This document shows, piece after piece, positions 15,130 through 22,679 of a stretch of DNA of 43,066 nucleotides. Both the position numbers and the translations under genes were made by a program. Each line of letters opens with the position of its first letter. Within the stretch, counting starts at the first letter, position 1. Origin of the DNA: a virus; the IMG/VR virus record IMGVR_UViG_3300028831_000453, positions 1-43,066 of that record; one strand, written 5' to 3'. The notes under the pieces are model-generated. The model had not been told where the DNA came from. It worked only from the letters and a program-made list of their open reading frames with translations, and did not search any database.

Positions 15130-15158
15130 TTGTCGCGTCGGTGTAGATACTATATACT
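15130..15158 (+). promoter_or_regulatory. Candidate rightward promoter TTGTCG-N17-TATACT ending 7 nt before the ATG (leaderless transcript predicted)
   Basis: -35 at 15130..15135, -10 at 15153..15158, ATG at 15166. No Shine-Dalgarno motif in the 7-nt gap (ACCGCCC). Confidence 0.45.
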
Positions 15159-15165
15159 ACCGCCC

Positions 15166-15429
15166 ATGTGCCAAGGCTGTGTCGATGAGGGATATATCAG
15201 CCAGTTCATATTCGATGTGATCGAAGCCTTCAGCGAGCGCTTCGACGACGACCTCGGCGTCGATTATGGGCCGGCGCACATCGTGATCGCCGACGACAAC
15301 GTCGATGACGAGTCAATCGATTACTGCCTGGCGCTGCCGAGCATGAACGAGCCGGAGCGCGGCTTCCTGCGCTGGCTCAAGACCGTGCCGATCGAGGAGC
15401 GGCTGGGCCGCTCGCCGGAGGTTGAATGA
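15166..15429 (+). CDS. Highly acidic first protein of the rightward arm (87 aa)
   Basis: Start at the internal ATG 15166 of ORF 15130..15429. Counted 11 Asp and 10 Glu against 6 Arg/Lys. N-terminal CQGC pair. Confidence 0.65.
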   Translation: MCQGCVDEGYISQFIFDVIEAFSERFDDDLGVDYGPAHIVIADDNVDDESIDYCLALPSMNEPERGFLRWLKTVPIEERLGRSPEVE

Positions 15430-16130
15430 TGCTCATATTGCTACTGGCGCTCGTGCTGCCGCACTACCGGACGCCGCACCACCCGCGCGCGGTGTTCGAC
15501 ACGATCCGTGGCGCGGCCGCAAATGGCGGGGACGTGATCGTGCGCGTCACCAATCCCGCCGCCAAGTGGGACACCCTCCGCAACGTCGGCCCGCCGTGGG
15601 CGTGGTGGCAGCGCGACGTGCTCGTGAGTCGCAAGCGCTGCCCGCCGGCGTGCGCGCCGGGCGGCGTGACGTTCGTCGCCTCGATGACGCGCGTCACCGG
15701 GCTCGGCCCGCAGACCGATAGCTTCATGGTCGAGCTGCCCGACACCGCTCGGGCGGTGTGCGTCCTGATCGCGAACGGCGTCCCCTGCCCGCTCCGGACC
15801 CAGCGGCTGCTGCGTCCGCCGGCGTGGGTGCCGGGCCAGCCGCCGGCGCAGCCCGGCGGCCTGGCGTGGCGCTCCTTCGAGTACGAAGCTGACACGCTCG
15901 TCGCGTGGGGCTATGATACCGGCGCGGGACAGTACATCGGCCGCCTGGAGGAGCACACGAATATCCGAGTGCGCCCGGACAGCAACGCGGTCTTCGGCGG
16001 CTGGTGGCACAGCCTCGCGGAGCCGGTGCCGATCGCGGCGCTGGCGAAGGCGGCACCGCCCATCATCAAGCGCATCCACCGGCGGATCGCGAAGCAGATC
16101 GACCGCTATGCGAGCAGGGGAGAGCAATAG
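15426..16130 (+). CDS. Hypothetical protein (234 aa), hydrophobic N-terminus
   Basis: The ATG overlaps the upstream stop (ATGA). GC3-rich frame throughout. The antisense 292-aa ORF is a shadow. Confidence 0.7.
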   Translation: MMLILLLALVLPHYRTPHHPRAVFDTIRGAAANGGDVIVRVTNPAAKWDTLRNVGPPWAWWQRDVLVSRKRCPPACAPGGVTFVASMTRVTGLGPQTDSFMVELPDTARAVCVLIANGVPCPLRTQRLLRPPAWVPGQPPAQPGGLAWRSFEYEADTLVAWGYDTGAGQYIGRLEEHTNIRVRPDSNAVFGGWWHSLAEPVPIAALAKAAPPIIKRIHRRIAKQIDRYASRGEQ

Positions 16131-16139
16131 GAGGTAGCT

Positions 16140-16265
16140 ATGAGCAATCTCAGCATCTGGCAATGGCTGGTCGGTGGGCTGGCGTTCGGCGCCGGCTTCA
16201 CGCTCGGGGCGGCACTCATCAACGGCCTGCTCGGGCTCGTGGGCGCCGACCGCAAGGCGGCCTGA
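16140..16265 (+). CDS. Miniature membrane protein (41 aa; below the ORF-track cutoff)
   Basis: Hand-translated as MSNLSIWQWLVGGLAFGAGFTLGAALINGLLGLVGADRKAA, with GGAGG 6 nt upstream. Its stop shares an A with the next ATG (TGATG). Confidence 0.55.
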   Translation: MSNLSIWQWLVGGLAFGAGFTLGAALINGLLGLVGADRKAA

Positions 16266-16504
16266 TGCCGCCGCGCGAGGAGCTGGTGAACAAGATCGCG
16301 ACCACTTTGTGGGGTACAAAGATTTCAGCAGATGCTCATGTCCAAGCCGAGCGACTTGTGGCCTACGGCGAACTTGTGAAAGATAAATGTGCGGAGACGG
16401 TTGAGGCTATGCTTCGGGACCCAACCATGCGAACGCTCGAAGTTATCGAGGCAGCTAGGTGCATTCACAATATGCCCATCCCGCTGCCGGAGCTGCGTCC
16501 ATGA
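16265..16504 (+). CDS. Hypothetical protein (79 aa), paralogue of the next gene
   Basis: Internal ATG of ORF 16004..16504. Visibly more A/T at third positions than flanking genes. Shares YGELV.. CA and a terminal PLPE.R with 16501..16782. Confidence 0.6.
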   Translation: MPPREELVNKIATTLWGTKISADAHVQAERLVAYGELVKDKCAETVEAMLRDPTMRTLEVIEAARCIHNMPIPLPELRP

Positions 16505-16782
16505 GCGAGCAGTTTCTTGAAGCCGTCGAAGACCTAAAGACTTGGTGTTTCCGACAACAATATGCGGTTGACCATCCGCCAATGGCCGCGAATGAGTTCA
16601 GCACTCAAATAGACGCGGCACGTGCGAAGGTGATCGAGTTGTTCGACGCGGCGATTATTCGCTACGGTGAACTCGTGCGAGAGGCGTGTGCGGACTTCTG
16701 CGAGAGGAACGCCGAGCCAGGTATTGATGGCGTATCGTTCGCGAAGGCGCTGCGCATGCTGCCGCTACCGGAGCCGCGATGA
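16501..16782 (+). CDS. Hypothetical protein (93 aa), paralogue of the previous gene
   Basis: ATG 16501 overlaps the upstream stop (ATGA). YGELVREACADF and a terminal LPLPEPR. Confidence 0.6.
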   Translation: MSEQFLEAVEDLKTWCFRQQYAVDHPPMAANEFSTQIDAARAKVIELFDAAIIRYGELVREACADFCERNAEPGIDGVSFAKALRMLPLPEPR

Positions 16783-17477
16783 GCGTCGTAGCTGCGTTCA
16801 GCGGCGGCAAGGATAGCACCGCGATGGCAACGCTGATGGCCGAGGCTGGTGAGGACTTCTCGCTGCTGTTCACGCCGACTGGAAACGAGTCCGATGAGTG
16901 CCTTGAGCATGTTCGCCATACTGCCGAACGCCTAAGCAAGCCGTTCACCATCAGATGGTCGGGGCACGGCCTCGTATCGCTCATCGAGCGCCAGCGGGCG
17001 CTTCCAAACTGGCGGCAGCGCTGGTGTACGCGAATGCTCAAAATAGAGCCATGTCAGACATACCTAGCCGAGAATCCCGGCACGGTCTTGTGCGTAGGAC
17101 TTCGGGCGGATGAGCCCGAGCGGTCAGGCTTGTGGGGTGATCTCGCGACCTATCGTTACCCACTACGCGAGGCCGAGATGGGATTAACAGAAGTTGTGTC
17201 GTTTCTTGAGGAGCGGAAGATTTGTGTACCCTCGCGAACAGACTGCGCCCTATGCTTCTTCCAGCGATTGATCGAATGGTACGAACTGTGGCGCGACCAC
17301 CCCAATAAATATGCCGAGGGCGAGCGACTGGAGGCGCTGACTGGCCATACTTTCCGCTCGCCGCAGCGCGACACTTGGCCGACCAGCATGAAAGGGATGC
17401 GCACGTGGTTCGAGGCTGGTCTGATTCCAAAGGACACACGCCAACGCACCGGCATGTGTCGGGTATGCTCGCTGTGA
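16779..17477 (+). CDS. PAPS-reductase family PP-loop enzyme (232 aa)
   Basis: AAFSGGKDSTAM is a PP-loop SGGxDS motif. RWCTRMLKIEP matches the phage PAPS_reduct-type WC..LK..P motif. C-terminal cysteines CALC and CRVC. The ATG overlaps the upstream stop. Confidence 0.8.
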   Translation: MSVVAAFSGGKDSTAMATLMAEAGEDFSLLFTPTGNESDECLEHVRHTAERLSKPFTIRWSGHGLVSLIERQRALPNWRQRWCTRMLKIEPCQTYLAENPGTVLCVGLRADEPERSGLWGDLATYRYPLREAEMGLTEVVSFLEERKICVPSRTDCALCFFQRLIEWYELWRDHPNKYAEGERLEALTGHTFRSPQRDTWPTSMKGMRTWFEAGLIPKDTRQRTGMCRVCSL

Positions 17478-17815
17478 GCCCGCTTCCCGAGGAGCCGCTC
17501 GCGGCCGACCCCTCGTGGGGCCATTATCCCTGGCTGCTATGCCCGGCGGCACACCGCGAAGCAGCCGAAGGCCATTTCGTCTATCGGTGCGAGGGGCGTG
17601 CCAACCACATTTGCGACGGGCCTCGAACGCCATATCTCTGGTCTGCGAAGGGCGAGGGCGGGGCGGACTTCAAGTCCATCCAGCCATGCTGTGGGTCTTG
17701 TATCTCCGACCAAGAATATGGAGACTACAGCTCGTATGGCGGTATAGACGACCCGTGCTGCTGTATTCATGCCGAAGAGTGGAAGCATCGTCTCATTCCG
17801 GAGGGCTCGCCATGA
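17474..17815 (+). CDS. Cys-rich hypothetical protein (113 aa)
   Basis: GTG overlaps the PAPS-reductase stop (GTGA); an alternative ATG lies at 17465. Nine cysteines, including CCGSC and CCC. Confidence 0.6.
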   Translation: MSPLPEEPLAADPSWGHYPWLLCPAAHREAAEGHFVYRCEGRANHICDGPRTPYLWSAKGEGGADFKSIQPCCGSCISDQEYGDYSSYGGIDDPCCCIHAEEWKHRLIPEGSP

Positions 17816-18090
17816 GTGCACTCCCGGACGAACCGCTCGCGGCCGGCCCCGCCTGGCGCCTGCTGCGCATCACCATCCAGACGCTCGTCCACGCGGCCAG
17901 CCAGCGCGTCGGCGAGGACGAGCTGCTGCTGCGCAAGAATGACGTGTATCGGGCCGCTCACGAGTATGCTCGCGCCTACGCGCGCACCCTGGGAGGTTCC
18001 GCCGATGCCCCTCACCCGCACACCGCCGAGCGCGTCGCGTCGCGAGCGCAACCGCATCCGCAGCCAGAACGTGAAGGAAGTCGTCGATAG
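17812..18090 (+). CDS. Hypothetical protein (92 aa)
   Basis: The ATG overlaps the upstream stop (ATGA). The N-terminus resembles that of the preceding gene. The last 86 nt overlap the next, better-supported gene, so the true end of the functional part is unclear. Confidence 0.5.
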   Translation: MSALPDEPLAAGPAWRLLRITIQTLVHAASQRVGEDELLLRKNDVYRAAHEYARAYARTLGGSADAPHPHTAERVASRAQPHPQPEREGSRR

Positions 18091-18208
18091 CTACGAGCAG
18101 AAGGGCTCGATCGGCACCAGCCACCCGGCGTCCAAGGCTGCTGCTGTGAAGCAAGCCGTAGCTGTCGCATATGCCCAAGAGCGCCGCGGCCGAAAGCGCA
18201 AAAAGTGA
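18005..18208 (+). CDS. Small basic protein (67 aa)
   Basis: ATG 18005 lies 7 nt after GGGAGG. GC3 is better than in the overlapping frame. The tail is AAVKQAVAVAYAQERRGRKRKK. Confidence 0.6.
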   Translation: MPLTRTPPSASRRERNRIRSQNVKEVVDSYEQKGSIGTSHPASKAAAVKQAVAVAYAQERRGRKRKK

Positions 18209-18417
18209 CTGTCATCCCACCTCAGCACTGGCCCAATGGCCAGGTCCCGGCACTCGTGGTCGGCACCGCCCTCCACAGTCGCACCGCCGGCCGCACCTGC
18301 CAGCTCACGATCGAGGTCCCGGCCGAGTGGGGCAGCTATGTCGATGTCGGCCAGCGCATGACGCTCAGATGTTTCCCCGATCCCGTCCCGCAACCAGCGT
18401 GGAGGGCGCGCGGCTGA
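18205..18417 (+). CDS. Hypothetical protein (70 aa)
   Basis: GTG overlaps the upstream stop (GTGA). Confidence 0.55.
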   Translation: MTVIPPQHWPNGQVPALVVGTALHSRTAGRTCQLTIEVPAEWGSYVDVGQRMTLRCFPDPVPQPAWRARG

Positions 18418-18442
18418 AGGCGCTTGACATCTGCGGCCGCGA

Positions 18443-18459
18443 CCCCCACTCTGTGGGGG
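18443..18459 (+). other. Stem-loop CCCCCAC-TCT-GTGGGGG just after the 18205..18417 stop
   Basis: Read directly: 7-bp G/C stem with no U-tract. TTGACA at 18424..18429 lies immediately upstream. Confidence 0.5.
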
Positions 18460-18540
18460 ACATCCGTGGGGCCGTCTTCCAGGCTCCCGCTGCCTGTGTC
18501 CACCCGCCAGGCGGCCCCCACGGGCTTCGCGAGCGCGAAG

Positions 18541-18549
18541 CCCATTGAC
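18541..18549 (+). promoter_or_regulatory. CCCATTGAC motif, copy 1 (upstream of the packaging genes)
   Basis: This 9-mer occurs three times on the plus strand (18541, 23772, 26144), each at the head of a late-gene block. Confidence 0.35.
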
Positions 18550-18581
18550 TTAGCGGCCGCGCGCGGCGCAGCCTCCGCGCC

Positions 18582-19043
18582 ATGCCACGCGGACGACCTC
18601 GCAAGCAGCCGGGCTGGGCTGGCGCCCAGCCGGCGCCGGACGCCGACGAACCAGCGCTCGACGCTCCCCGCGTCGCCGCCGCCCTGACAATCGCTGACCG
18701 CCACGAGCGCGCGGTCCGCATGACGGAGATACTCAGGGACCGGGACGCAAAAGCGGCCGAGACGGTCGCCGCCAGCCGCGAACTCGACAAGATGGATCGC
18801 GCGGAGCGCGGCGAGGCGGCCCAGGCTGCGCCCGGCCCGCCGGCGCCCGGCAGCCGCACCGAGCAGGTGGTGCGGCTCGTCAAGATACTCGCGGCAGCGG
18901 GCCCCGAGGTCCGCATCCGCGCGCTCGAAATCATCGCGGACCGCTTCGAAGCGCAGCGCGCGCGCATCCGCGAGCTGATCGGATTGGTGACGGAGCCGAT
19001 CACGCTGCCTACCACCACGCCGCCACAGGAGCCTCCCGCATGA
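18582..19043 (+). CDS. Candidate small terminase or DNA-binding protein (153 aa)
   Basis: Assigned on position upstream of the large terminase, a basic N-terminus MPRGRPRKQP (AT-hook-like) and a helical C-terminal half. No diagnostic motif. Confidence 0.6.
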   Translation: MPRGRPRKQPGWAGAQPAPDADEPALDAPRVAAALTIADRHERAVRMTEILRDRDAKAAETVAASRELDKMDRAERGEAAQAAPGPPAPGSRTEQVVRLVKILAAAGPEVRIRALEIIADRFEAQRARIRELIGLVTEPITLPTTTPPQEPPA

Positions 19044-19318
19044 CGATCTCCAACTACCCGCCGCCCTCGTCGCCAACGACCACGACCGACACCTATCGCG
19101 CCGACCCCTTGCCGCCCACGCCCGAGTGCGCCAACTGCGACGAACTCCGGCGGCTGCTCGCCGGCATGCGGCTGCGCGTCGATCAGGTCGAGTTCGCTTA
19201 TACGGAGCTGCGCCGCGAGAGGGACGCCCTGCTCGCCAAGATCGACGCCGCCACCGGGGGTGCTCCGCCCGCCATCGAGATCGTCAGCGACCTGCCGACC
19301 TCGCGCCACACGGACTAA
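19040..19318 (+). CDS. Hypothetical protein (92 aa), Pro/Thr-rich N-terminus then coiled coil
   Basis: The ATG overlaps the upstream stop (ATGA). Confidence 0.6.
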   Translation: MTISNYPPPSSPTTTTDTYRADPLPPTPECANCDELRRLLAGMRLRVDQVEFAYTELRRERDALLAKIDAATGGAPPAIEIVSDLPTSRHTD

Positions 19319-19321
19319 GCT

Positions 19322-19567
19322 GTGGTCACCACGATTACCACGGCGGTCACCTCCAACTTTGTAGAGCATTGCTACACCGTGGGCTTCCCCAACACCTACC
19401 ATCGAGGCCGCTTGGAACACATCTTGAGATGTATGTTCCAGTGCCCGCACTGCCATCGCCTGTTTTGGCGCACTCGCAGTACGGAAATGCCGTGGCTGTT
19501 GTGTGATGGACCGTCTCTGGCGGGCATGACTTGGATTAGTTGCGAGGTCGAGGAACCGCCAGTATGA
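19322..19567 (+). CDS. Cys/His-containing small protein (81 aa)
   Basis: GTG start. Lower-GC segment. FQCPHCHRLF plus additional Cys and His. Its stop overlaps the terminase ATG. Confidence 0.5.
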   Translation: MVTTITTAVTSNFVEHCYTVGFPNTYHRGRLEHILRCMFQCPHCHRLFWRTRSTEMPWLLCDGPSLAGMTWISCEVEEPPV

Positions 19568-21456
19568 CTCGACGGGCGCGCTCCGACGAAGCGATCCTCG
19601 ATGCCGCGATCGCCCGCCGCGACTCCGGCAAGCCGTGGCGCTTCCGCGACGCCGAGCGGCTTGCGAAGCAGGCCACAGCCCGAGCGGCGCGCGCCGCCAG
19701 CATTCGTGCGAGCCGCGACCTGTGGGGGATCGCGGAGGGCGATCGCGATTTCCACAGCGTCTACACACCGCTGGAGCGCTGGCCCAGCGCCGTCGAGCAC
19801 GAGTTCTGGCGTCACGAGTGTGTCGAGCACTTCTGGCCCTTCTTCCTCCACGCATGGGGCACCCTCCACGGCCCCCACGCCCGCGACTGGTGGATCGATC
19901 GCCAGGAGGTCGCGGAGCCGCTCGCGTGGTGGCTGGAGCAGCAGGCGCGCACCTGGCTCGCGAGCCGGGCCGAGCACAAGAAGCTCATCCACCACATCGC
20001 GGTGATCGTCACGAGGGAGTTCGGCAAGACGACCATGCTCCAGGCGTGGTTCTTGTGGCTGCACCTCCAGGACCCCAACCTCTCGACCTATATCGGTGGC
20101 GAGAAGGAGTCGCTCGCGAGCGACTCGCTGCTGGCGATCCGGGCCGTTCTGGGAGGGAGCGACCGCCACGCCCAGTTCGCCAAGATGTACGGCGACTGGC
20201 TTGGCAGCGAGGGCATCCAGCGCCGCGAGTCGATCACCCACAATGTGCGCAGCACGACGACGCGCCGCGACCCCTCGTTTGGCGTGTGGGGCGTCGAGTC
20301 CGGCTTGACGGGCCGTCATCCCGACGCGGCGGCGCTCGACGACCCCAACACCTACGAGCGCCAGCAGGCGCAGGGCAACTGGTTCGACATCGTCACCCTC
20401 CACTGCGCCAGCCTGACGCCGGTCATCCGCGTGGACGGCCTGTTCGCGCTGTGGGGCACCCCCTACGCCGACAACGATCACCTCGCCAAGACGCTGCGCC
20501 GCGACGGCATCGCGTCCATCACGGGCCTGCCGATGCACGACTTCACGCCGCGCGCGAACGGCGCGTGGCACGTCTTCCACTTTCCGGGGCGCACCCGCAG
20601 CGGTCGGCCGACCGTCCCGAACGTGTGGTCCGAAGCGCGCATGAACGCCTTCGAGCTGGAGAATCCCGATCGCTACGCGGCACAGGTGCTGCTCCGGCCG
20701 GAGATCAGCGAGCGCAACCCGCTCACGCTGGAGCAGATTCAGGACTGCATGGTGGACGAGAAGGACATCCCCATGAACTTCCTGCGCTATACGCTGCACT
20801 TCGACACCGCGTTCAAGGACAGCTTCCGCCGCGACGGCGACGAGAGCGTCTTCGTCGTGTGGGGCCACATGCGCGACGGCTCCGGCGAAGTGGTATATAT
20901 AGAGGGCCACGGCAGCAGCCTGTGGCGCGGTGAGGAGTTCTACCGAGAGGTGGTGCGCCTGCTGCAACGTTATCGGCGCATGGGCCGCAAGATCGTCGCC
21001 ATCACCGACGAAGTGTCGCCGGGCAAGCGCCAGACCGGCCGCATGATGCTCGAATCGCAGTGCAACGGCGCGGGCATCAGCCGCCCAGGCGAGTGGATCG
21101 AGATCGCGCGCGGCGGCAAGAAGAAGCTTGAGCAGCGCATCATCCCGGCCGCCACGATGTGGGCGGATGGCTACGTCAAGCTCGTTCGCACGGCGCCCGG
21201 CCTCGACAAGCTGGTCGCGCAGATGTCGCGCATCGGCAGGAGCGACTTGGACGACTGGGCCGACGCGAGCGCTGATGTCTTCAACCCCTCGGTCTATCGC
21301 CGCCAGCGCCGCGCCGATCGTCCCGACGAGAGCGTCCCCGCGTGGCTCGCGTCCCCGCAGGACGTGATCCTGAAGGGCGCCGCCCACGACGAAGCGCTGC
21401 GGCGCCAGTACGACAGCTGGGTCCGGCGCGACGAGATGGATTATGAGCCAGTCTGA
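19564..21456 (+). CDS. terL: Terminase large subunit (630 aa)
   Basis: ATPase Walker A-like TREFGKTT. Nuclease-domain acidic motifs LHFDTAF, DESVFVVWG and DDWADASAD near the C-terminus. Position upstream of the portal. ATG 19564 overlaps the upstream stop (ATGA). Confidence 0.85.
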   Translation: MTRRARSDEAILDAAIARRDSGKPWRFRDAERLAKQATARAARAASIRASRDLWGIAEGDRDFHSVYTPLERWPSAVEHEFWRHECVEHFWPFFLHAWGTLHGPHARDWWIDRQEVAEPLAWWLEQQARTWLASRAEHKKLIHHIAVIVTREFGKTTMLQAWFLWLHLQDPNLSTYIGGEKESLASDSLLAIRAVLGGSDRHAQFAKMYGDWLGSEGIQRRESITHNVRSTTTRRDPSFGVWGVESGLTGRHPDAAALDDPNTYERQQAQGNWFDIVTLHCASLTPVIRVDGLFALWGTPYADNDHLAKTLRRDGIASITGLPMHDFTPRANGAWHVFHFPGRTRSGRPTVPNVWSEARMNAFELENPDRYAAQVLLRPEISERNPLTLEQIQDCMVDEKDIPMNFLRYTLHFDTAFKDSFRRDGDESVFVVWGHMRDGSGEVVYIEGHGSSLWRGEEFYREVVRLLQRYRRMGRKIVAITDEVSPGKRQTGRMMLESQCNGAGISRPGEWIEIARGGKKKLEQRIIPAATMWADGYVKLVRTAPGLDKLVAQMSRIGRSDLDDWADASADVFNPSVYRRQRRADRPDESVPAWLASPQDVILKGAAHDEALRRQYDSWVRRDEMDYEPV

Positions 21457-22072
21457 GGAAAGTTCGCGCAGCGAACTTGAGGGGGGCGCGGTGAAGGCCG
21501 ACTCGTCGGACCGAGGGACTGGCGCGCCGGCCACAGGGACTGCGCCCCCCGTCACGCTGACAAGCCTGACCGCGCACCGCATCACCGAGCCGTGGCAGGT
21601 CGAGCGGATGCGCCAAATCTACAACGAAACGCTCCCCGACCTGGCGACTCGTCCCGGCCTGACGCCGCGCACCGAAGCCGCGCAACAAGAGTGGTGGTCC
21701 GAGGTCCACGACCACGCGGTCGCCCACCTCTACAGTCCCATCACCGAACCGTGGAAGTTCGTCGCGTTCTCGCTCGTCCAATGGAAGCCGGGCGGCATCG
21801 TCACCCCGCTGTTCGCGATCGAGACCGCGTGGCAGGGTCGCGGTCTCGGGCGCCAGATCATCGACCACTACCTCAAGATCGCGAACGCCCCACTCGCGGG
21901 CAGCGCTCTCACGAGCAACCGCGCGATCATGCACCTCAATGAGCGCGCCGGCTGGCAGCAGCTCGCCGAGCGCGATGGCGTCGCTCTGCTCTACCACCCC
22001 GGCCCGCACCCGACCGACGACGCCCGCCAGCGCGAAATCTTCGACGCGATCATGGAATATCATGGCCTCTGA
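21443..22072 (+). CDS. GNAT-family N-acetyltransferase (209 aa, low-complexity N-terminal 50 aa)
   Basis: AWQGRGLGRQIIDHYL matches GNAT motif A (Q/R-x-x-G-x-G/A). Start uncertain; ATG 21443 overlaps the terminase by 14 nt. Confidence 0.7.
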   Translation: MSQSEESSRSELEGGAVKADSSDRGTGAPATGTAPPVTLTSLTAHRITEPWQVERMRQIYNETLPDLATRPGLTPRTEAAQQEWWSEVHDHAVAHLYSPITEPWKFVAFSLVQWKPGGIVTPLFAIETAWQGRGLGRQIIDHYLKIANAPLAGSALTSNRAIMHLNERAGWQQLAERDGVALLYHPGPHPTDDARQREIFDAIMEYHGL

Positions 22073-22679
22073 CGCGGCGACGGCGACGGCAACCGTCAGC
22101 ATCCTCTGCCCCACGCTCGGTCGCAGTTCTCTCGGCACGATCGTCCAGCAGGCGGACATCCAGCTCGGCCCCCACGACGAGCTGATCGTGGTCGGCGATG
22201 GCCCGCGCCCCGCAGCACGCACGCAGATGGAGCCCTTCGTCACCGATCCGCGCTTCCAATATCTGGAGTTCCCGCCCGACGCCCCGACCGGCCACTACGG
22301 CAGCGAGCAGGTCGATCACGCCATCACCCACGCGCGTGGCAACTACCTGATGTTCATCGGCGACGACGACGAGTTGGCTCCCGAAGCCATCAGCACCTTC
22401 CGCAAGGTCTGCACGCCCATCGACCCCCACCCCTACCTGTTCGCCATGAGCTACGCCGGTGAGATCATGCGCCGCAACCTCCACTGCGGCGGCTGCAGCG
22501 GTCAGCAGTTCGTGGTCCCCAACGATCCCGCGCGGCTCGCCCGCTACTCCGACAGCGGCGGCCAGACCAACGATTGGCACTTCATGTCCCGAACGCTCGA
22601 ACTGTGGGGCGGCCGGATCGAGATTCGCGACGAAATCCTGACCATCCTGCGTGGCCGCCACCACGGAGCCATCTGGTGA
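22062..22679 (+). CDS. Family-2-type (GT-A) glycosyltransferase, short soluble form (205 aa)
   Basis: VSILCPTLGRSSL ... ELIVVGDG is the GT2 N-terminal pattern, and MFIGDDDEL is a DxD motif. No TM segments seen. Confidence 0.65.
   Translation: MASDAATATATVSILCPTLGRSSLGTIVQQADIQLGPHDELIVVGDGPRPAARTQMEPFVTDPRFQYLEFPPDAPTGHYGSEQVDHAITHARGNYLMFIGDDDELAPEAISTFRKVCTPIDPHPYLFAMSYAGEIMRRNLHCGGCSGQQFVVPNDPARLARYSDSGGQTNDWHFMSRTLELWGGRIEIRDEILTILRGRHHGAIW

Noticed and set aside
14667-15220. Short ORFs inside the divergent control region (14667..14933 minus, 14901..15146 plus, 14951..15220 plus)
   Set aside because: They show no ribosome-binding sites, poor third-position G/C bias and odd composition. 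The region is better explained as promoters and operators. A small regulatory RNA cannot be excluded.
19322-19567. Possible HNH endonuclease next to the terminase (Cys/His-containing 81-aa protein)
   Set aside because: It is too short and lacks the HNH core spacing (no H-N-H pattern with flanking CxxC pairs). I kept it as a hypothetical protein.
19396-21585. A 729-aa ORF on the minus strand, antisense to the large terminase
   Set aside because: The product is Arg/Ala/Gly/Pro-rich with no motifs. It is a typical stop-poor shadow frame of a GC-rich gene, while the plus-strand frame carries clear terminase motifs. The same reasoning applies to the antisense ORFs 2295..3908 (+), 18365..19855 (-), 24081..25775 (-), 31193..33379 (-), 40400..41662 (-) and 41993..43060 (-).
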